DNA of 64,000 bases from Eledone cirrhosa (lineage: Eukaryota): the NCBI GenBank assembly GCA_964016885.1, contig OZ024742.1, positions 51,026,001 to 51,090,000 on the forward strand, read 5' to 3'. The position numbers were made by a program, and so were the translations under genes. Below, piece after piece: positions 56,797 to 64,000 of the stretch (positions are counted from its first letter, which is position 1; each line of letters starts with the position of its first letter). The notes under the pieces are model-generated. The model worked only from the letters and a program-made list of their open reading frames with translations, did not search any database and was not told the origin of the DNA.

Positions 56797-56801
<5 letters not shown>

Positions 56802-57275
56802 TAAAAGGAATTCCAACTTTGTCTGATTTACTCGTTTTATTTACAATCCTTTAACATTATAATGGTATTAGAATGAAATAGTATGGCGGAATATTAAATG
56901 TTAAGTATTAATTGAACAATTGGGAAATTATGGTGCTAGTGGCTGAGCATTTCACAGACGCGTCAACCACAGACACTGCTACCACGGTAAATGAAATGTG
57001 AAATTAGTTCGATATTTATACAAGCTAACTTGAAGATGAGTGGTCATGAGTTCAATTGCCAGCGGTACGTTGTGTCCACGAGCCGAATCTTCCAGAAAAC
57101 GAAGCAAAGAGTAGACATTTCTGTGGAATACTCAGCCACTTGCACGATAATTTCCCACATATTAAACTTAACGTTTAATATTCTACCATACTCTTTCATT
57201 CTAACACCATTATAATTTTAAAGGATTGTAAATAAAACGAGTAAATCAGACAAAGTTGGAATTCATTTTAATATA
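56797..57275. repeat. ~480 bp imperfect palindrome between two (TA)n tracts
   Basis: gaattccaactttgtctgatttactcgttttatttacaatcc vs ggattgtaaataaaacgagtaaatcagacaaagttggaattc. Confidence 0.88.
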
Positions 57276-57300
57276 ATCTTATATACACAATCATACACAC

Positions 57301-57364
<64 letters not shown>

Positions 57365-57760
57365 CTAATCAAAGTGTTATTTCATTTGTTGGCTATTCAA
57401 AAAATTTATTTATAACAGATTCGAAGCACTCTACACGGTTTTTTCTGGACTATATTATCAATAATATTGATAAATGGAAACTATGTTTATAAAACAATAT
57501 TTATTTTATTAAATATATTTCAAGCGTAACAATATGTTGGTACGCTCTCATCAGATAAAATACAAAAGTTGTTTTATAAATAGTGACATATCTAAAAAAA
57601 CAAGAACGTAGAACTTCTTGTATTTAATCTGATGAGAGCCTACCAAAATTCTGGTACGCTTGAAATATATATAATAAAATAAATATGGTTTTACAAAGCG
57701 TGAAACTAATACTAATATCGTTTGTACTGCCTCTCTGTTTTTGTTCTCTGTTTATTTGTT

Positions 57761-57882
<122 letters not shown>

Positions 57883-58262
57883 GGGCTATTCAATTTGTTG
57901 GAAATACGATAAATATAAATGTAAATGAGTATAACCGATTTAGAGCACTCAACTGATTCCTGGAGTAAATAATCAATGATATTAAATAAATGGAAACTAT
58001 ATATATAAAACCGTATTTATTTTATTATATATATTTCAAGGGTACCAAAACACTTTGATACGATTTCTTCAGATAAAAAATACAAAGTGTGTTTTATAAA
58101 TAGAGACATATCCAGGAAAATCATACCTTATCAGTTGGATATTCTCTGGAGAATATACAACTGTTAGTATAATTTTCCTGGGTATGTCTCTATTTATAAA
58201 ACAAACTTTGTATTTTATCTGAAGAAAGCGTACGAAAGTGTTTTGGTACCCTTGAAATATAT

Positions 58263-59112
58263 CTAAGGATTATCTTTTACAAACACAATTTTCAGGGCGA
58301 AACAGATTAAATCTTTAGTCTGTCCGAGAGATGAACTCATTATTGATACGGTATGTATAAGCAATCTTGTATCTTACTGTATGCTTCAGTTTACATATAT
58401 AAAACATTTGTGGTAAAATCTACCCTCGTAATTTTAGACGCAGAGTTTACTGTGTTTATTTTTACATATATTAATAATAATTGTTTCTACTTTTGGCACA
58501 AGGCCAGCAATTACCCAGTGTATTACTGTTTTTTTTTATTTTATCGACCCCGTAAGGATGAAAGGCAAAGTTAACCTCGGCGGGATTTGAACTCAGAATA
58601 GCAAGGGTCGTAACTATTTGCGTCAAAGCATGGCCTCCAACCCTCTACGGATATTTCCAATTCTGCTCAGTATTTATACTTTGAGCTTGTTAATTGCAGG
58701 GTATCAATATGAATTAATAACACTATATTTTATTTGTATTTCGGCTCCCTATCTGGTGAGCTCATAAGATGAGTGTAAGTAGGCTATTATTTCTAGCATA
58801 ACCACTCACACCACGAGGTACATTATTTACATCCGTGAGTTTCTTGTTAGATGTGTTTTATTTCATTTAATCTAATCTCTCGCTGATGAAATGCCTAAGG
58901 ATTATCTGTTACAAACACAATTTTCAGGGCGAAACAGATTAAATCTTTAGTCTGTCCGAGAGTTGAAATCGTTATTGATACGGTATGTATAGGAAATCTT
59001 GTATCTTACTATATGCTTCAGTTTAAATATATAAAATATGTGTGGTAAAATCTACCCTCGTAATTTTAGACGCAGAATTTACTGTGTTTATTTCTACATA
59101 TATTAATACATA
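58263..59112 (+). repeat. Tandem direct repeat (58263-58476 vs 58895-59108) of HHR family K, with a Nin-core SINE at 58472-58665 (-) between the copies
   Basis: ctaaggattatc...gggcgaaacagattaaatctttagtctgtccgagag occurs twice; ends at (TA)n. Confidence 0.85.
58877..58962 (+). ncRNA. Full-size type I hammerhead ribozyme, family K
   Basis: cucucg-CUGAUGA-aau-gcc...ggc-GAAAC-agauu-aaaucuuu-agucu-GUC-cgagag: 6 bp helix I, 7 bp helix III, GUC site, 3-nt insert after A9. Confidence 0.75.
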
Positions 59113-59122
59113 TAAATGTATG

Positions 59123-59246
<124 letters not shown>

Positions 59247-59248
59247 AA

Positions 59249-59301
<53 letters not shown>

Positions 59302-59302
59302 A

Positions 59303-59346
<44 letters not shown>

Positions 59347-59539
59347 GATGGCGGCTCACTTCAATATATTTGTCTAGAAAAAAATTTCCTAAAATAAAGC
59401 TATCACATCAATTTACTAGGATTATTAATCCACCCAATAAAAGTGAAGAGAACGAAAGCTGTTAATGTAACTTTTATGAACATAATTGTTCGTATGTATG
59501 ATAATGCGACTATATTACGATTTTTCTCCTAAATACTCA

Positions 59540-60650
59540 TAAAATGTCGAAATAAGAGAAACAGTAATCAATATTATTACTTTTATAACTTATGCCAATT
59601 AGGAATTAACAGTATATAAAAAATCCGTTATTTATACGCTCCAAAGGTCTTAGTGTTATATAGTAATTTCATAGGTTTATTATCTCATGTCATAGTAGGT
59701 ATTTGTTGAAAATAATATTATTGACTATAACGCCAGCAATCGACCCGTTCTTATTTAATATGTTTAGCAGTTTATTTGATTGCCCTCGGTATGCACCTTA
59801 GTGTGATTTTATTTCATAACATTAAAAGTCAGAACGAGGCTGCTAAGTATTTTCCCTACATAATTAGTGACAAGGAAAATATTCTGCTACTGAAAGTTTA
59901 ATTGATATTAACAATCTTCATACTGGATTTGGTGATGGCCAGAATGGATAAATTTATTGGTGGTGTGGGATCTTTAGAAAGCCGTTGATGATAATGCCTG
60001 TGATATTCGAATGGGATTTATGCCAAAATTATTTCATTATTTTGTAATTTTCATGTGTTACACTGTGAGCTGGAATATATGTACAATAATTGGTATTTAG
60101 TAGCGATTTCTATGTATAGGTCCTCGTAATGCTATTTGTATTAGTAGCAATATAATACAAGTGGAAGTTACAACTATCTAGTTAAGGCAATTGTTACAGA
60201 AGCCCAAGTATCTGAATGATTGTATATGATTGATAACATCTCTTAGCGCCATGTCTAAGTCTGTCTTAAGCCAGAAGGCTCATTTGGTCGGTGCTTATCC
60301 TAGTTTCATGGCGTGAAGCGACTGAAAGTACAAGACACCCCGCTGGACAGGACATCAGTCCATTGCTGGGTTAAACCCCCAGCTATTGCTGCTACTCGTT
60401 TTCACCTGAGTGTACTGCAACAGCGTGAACTGAAGTGTTTTTCTCAAGAATAAACACGAAACCCAATAATCGAACCCACGATATCATGATCGTAAGTCCA
60501 ACACCTTTACCACTAGGCTACGTGGCTCCACCAGTAGGAGCATGTACATTAGACTAATGCCATTATCTGAAGATTTTATTTGATTGGGATAACTCCAGTG
60601 TCAAATTCATATTTCCAAAAAAATAATTTCAGAAGTTATTGCTATGACAC
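59540..60650 (-). pseudogene. Probable heavily decayed intronless class A (rhodopsin-like) peptide-type GPCR pseudogene, interrupted by a SINE
   Basis: Correctly ordered remnants in shifting frames: FGNMNL (TM1), SDTWASVTIALTR*L (TM3), IINGFLKI (TM5), RTGRLLAL*SIILF (TM6), ITDFLYTVNS (TM7), YC..FRHF (helix 8). Confidence 0.4.
60270..60530 (-). mobile_element. tRNA-derived SINE of a different (CORE/V-like) family
   Basis: Minus strand tagcctagtggtaaagg...gggttcgatt A/B boxes followed by ttcttgagaaaaacacttca core-like segment. Confidence 0.7.
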
Positions 60651-61229
60651 AGCGGGAAACGTAATAGGGTTGTACATTGAAACTTGTACAATATGCTTAT
60701 TTATAATGAAATTAATTTCAGCCTCGCTATGATTTTAACAAGCTGATCATTTCACTGTTGTCTTGGCAACTAAGGGAGAGAACCCTGACGGCATACTTTC
60801 TGAAGTATTATCCGCCTTCGAAAGGACTAACTCCTTTGTTGAAAGCGTATTATATATACCGTTTATGAGCATCGGCTGATAATACTCATTTGCATACAGT
60901 GCAAAGCTGGCGGAAATAATAACCACACTGATAGTACATGAATATTAATAGGGTTGTATATGGAAATGTATACGATGTTTAAGAATAATAAATTCTCTGT
61001 TAAACTCTACCATTTTTTAAAAAGCTGTGATCATGTCACTGTTCTTTGAGAGTGTGTTTTGCTTCATACCAACCAGAACATGGGTGCATATTTAGTATTA
61101 TAGAAATGTATTAAGCATTCACACCTTTCGAGCTAAGGAGAAAAGATGTATATATATATTAGAAAGTGAGGTTTTTTTTACAAAATGAAAAATAACCGAG
61201 GTGTCCTACACGAGTGAAAATATAAAGAA

Positions 61230-63430
<2,201 letters not shown>

Positions 63431-63469
63431 TCTTAAAAGTAATGTAGGAAAGACATTTTTAGCCCTCCT

Positions 63470-64000
63470 AGGTAAACACTTTCCCATATGTTACAAATAC
63501 CGCTCCATATTTAACAGACACAGCGTAAAACCTGAGTACTCCTGCACTAAGAATATGAAGGCTGACATCACCAACAGTCCTAAGACAGGCATCCCACAAG
63601 GATACTCTAGGCCGAAAGCCTGAAGCTTATCCCCTTCATCAGTAACACACCCGCTGTAGTTTATGAAGCTGTGGTCACTTCCAACCGATCAAATCACCCA
63701 TAGGAGGCCAAATCCTATGTGGGAATGGCGGAGGGCCGATTTAAGGAACTCTTCCTGAACCATCGGTCGACCTTTAGGTACCCGAACAAACAATCAGCCA
63801 CGAAACTCGTGAGCCACGTATGGTCCCTCAACGTCTCAGGTATAGACTATTCCATTCAATGGAAAGCCCTCATTAAGTCCAAGCCATATGCTAAGGGCAA
63901 TCTATCGTGTGGACTTTGTATTGAGGAATGGATAAATATTCTAAGGATATTACGCAATAGCGATTGCTTAAATTCAAGACATGAAATCTCACGTTTTCCA
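63470..64000 (+). mobile_element. Oppositely oriented Naiad-like GIY-YIG fragment of the same family; runs off the window
   Basis: Reverse-complement similarity to 61850-62390 (VVYEAVVTSN...SYVGMAEGRFKE), with visible divergence. Confidence 0.9.

Noticed and set aside
59920-60000. Fibronectin type III-like exon (DPTPPINLSILAITKSS)
   Set aside because: The expected Trp and downstream strands are absent; better explained as a frameshifted part of the GPCR-like relic or as chance.

Overview
Very AT-rich, intergenic or intronic animal DNA, saturated with (TA)n, (CA)n and (TAA)n microsatellites and decayed retrotransposons. The repeat complement suggests a coleoid cephalopod such as Octopus; this is inference, not verified. 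I find no intact host protein-coding gene, and almost all ORFs in the supplied track are microsatellite artefacts or antisense to transposons. Recognisable content: (1) many Penelope-like elements (PLEs) from at least two GIY-YIG clades, one Naiad-like, typically 5'-truncated, carrying an inverted terminal segment and abutting (TA)n; (2) fragments of RTE, RTE-X-like, R4/Dong, CRE and Tx1-like LINEs; (3) tRNA-derived SINEs; (4) one non-autonomous Helitron; (5) a probable heavily decayed intronless class A GPCR pseudogene. The main hidden signal, found by manual folding, is about 25 type I hammerhead ribozyme (HHR) motifs from roughly 11-12 unrelated repeat families. They include non-coding 420-460 bp tandem units with one minimal, dimer-type HHR per unit (retrozyme-like, with predicted circular RNAs) and recurrent non-canonical core variants (U3-A8, C4, U10.1-U11.1, a 3-nt insertion after A9). 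All structures were read by eye. Catalytic activity and expression are untested, and repeat boundaries are approximate.
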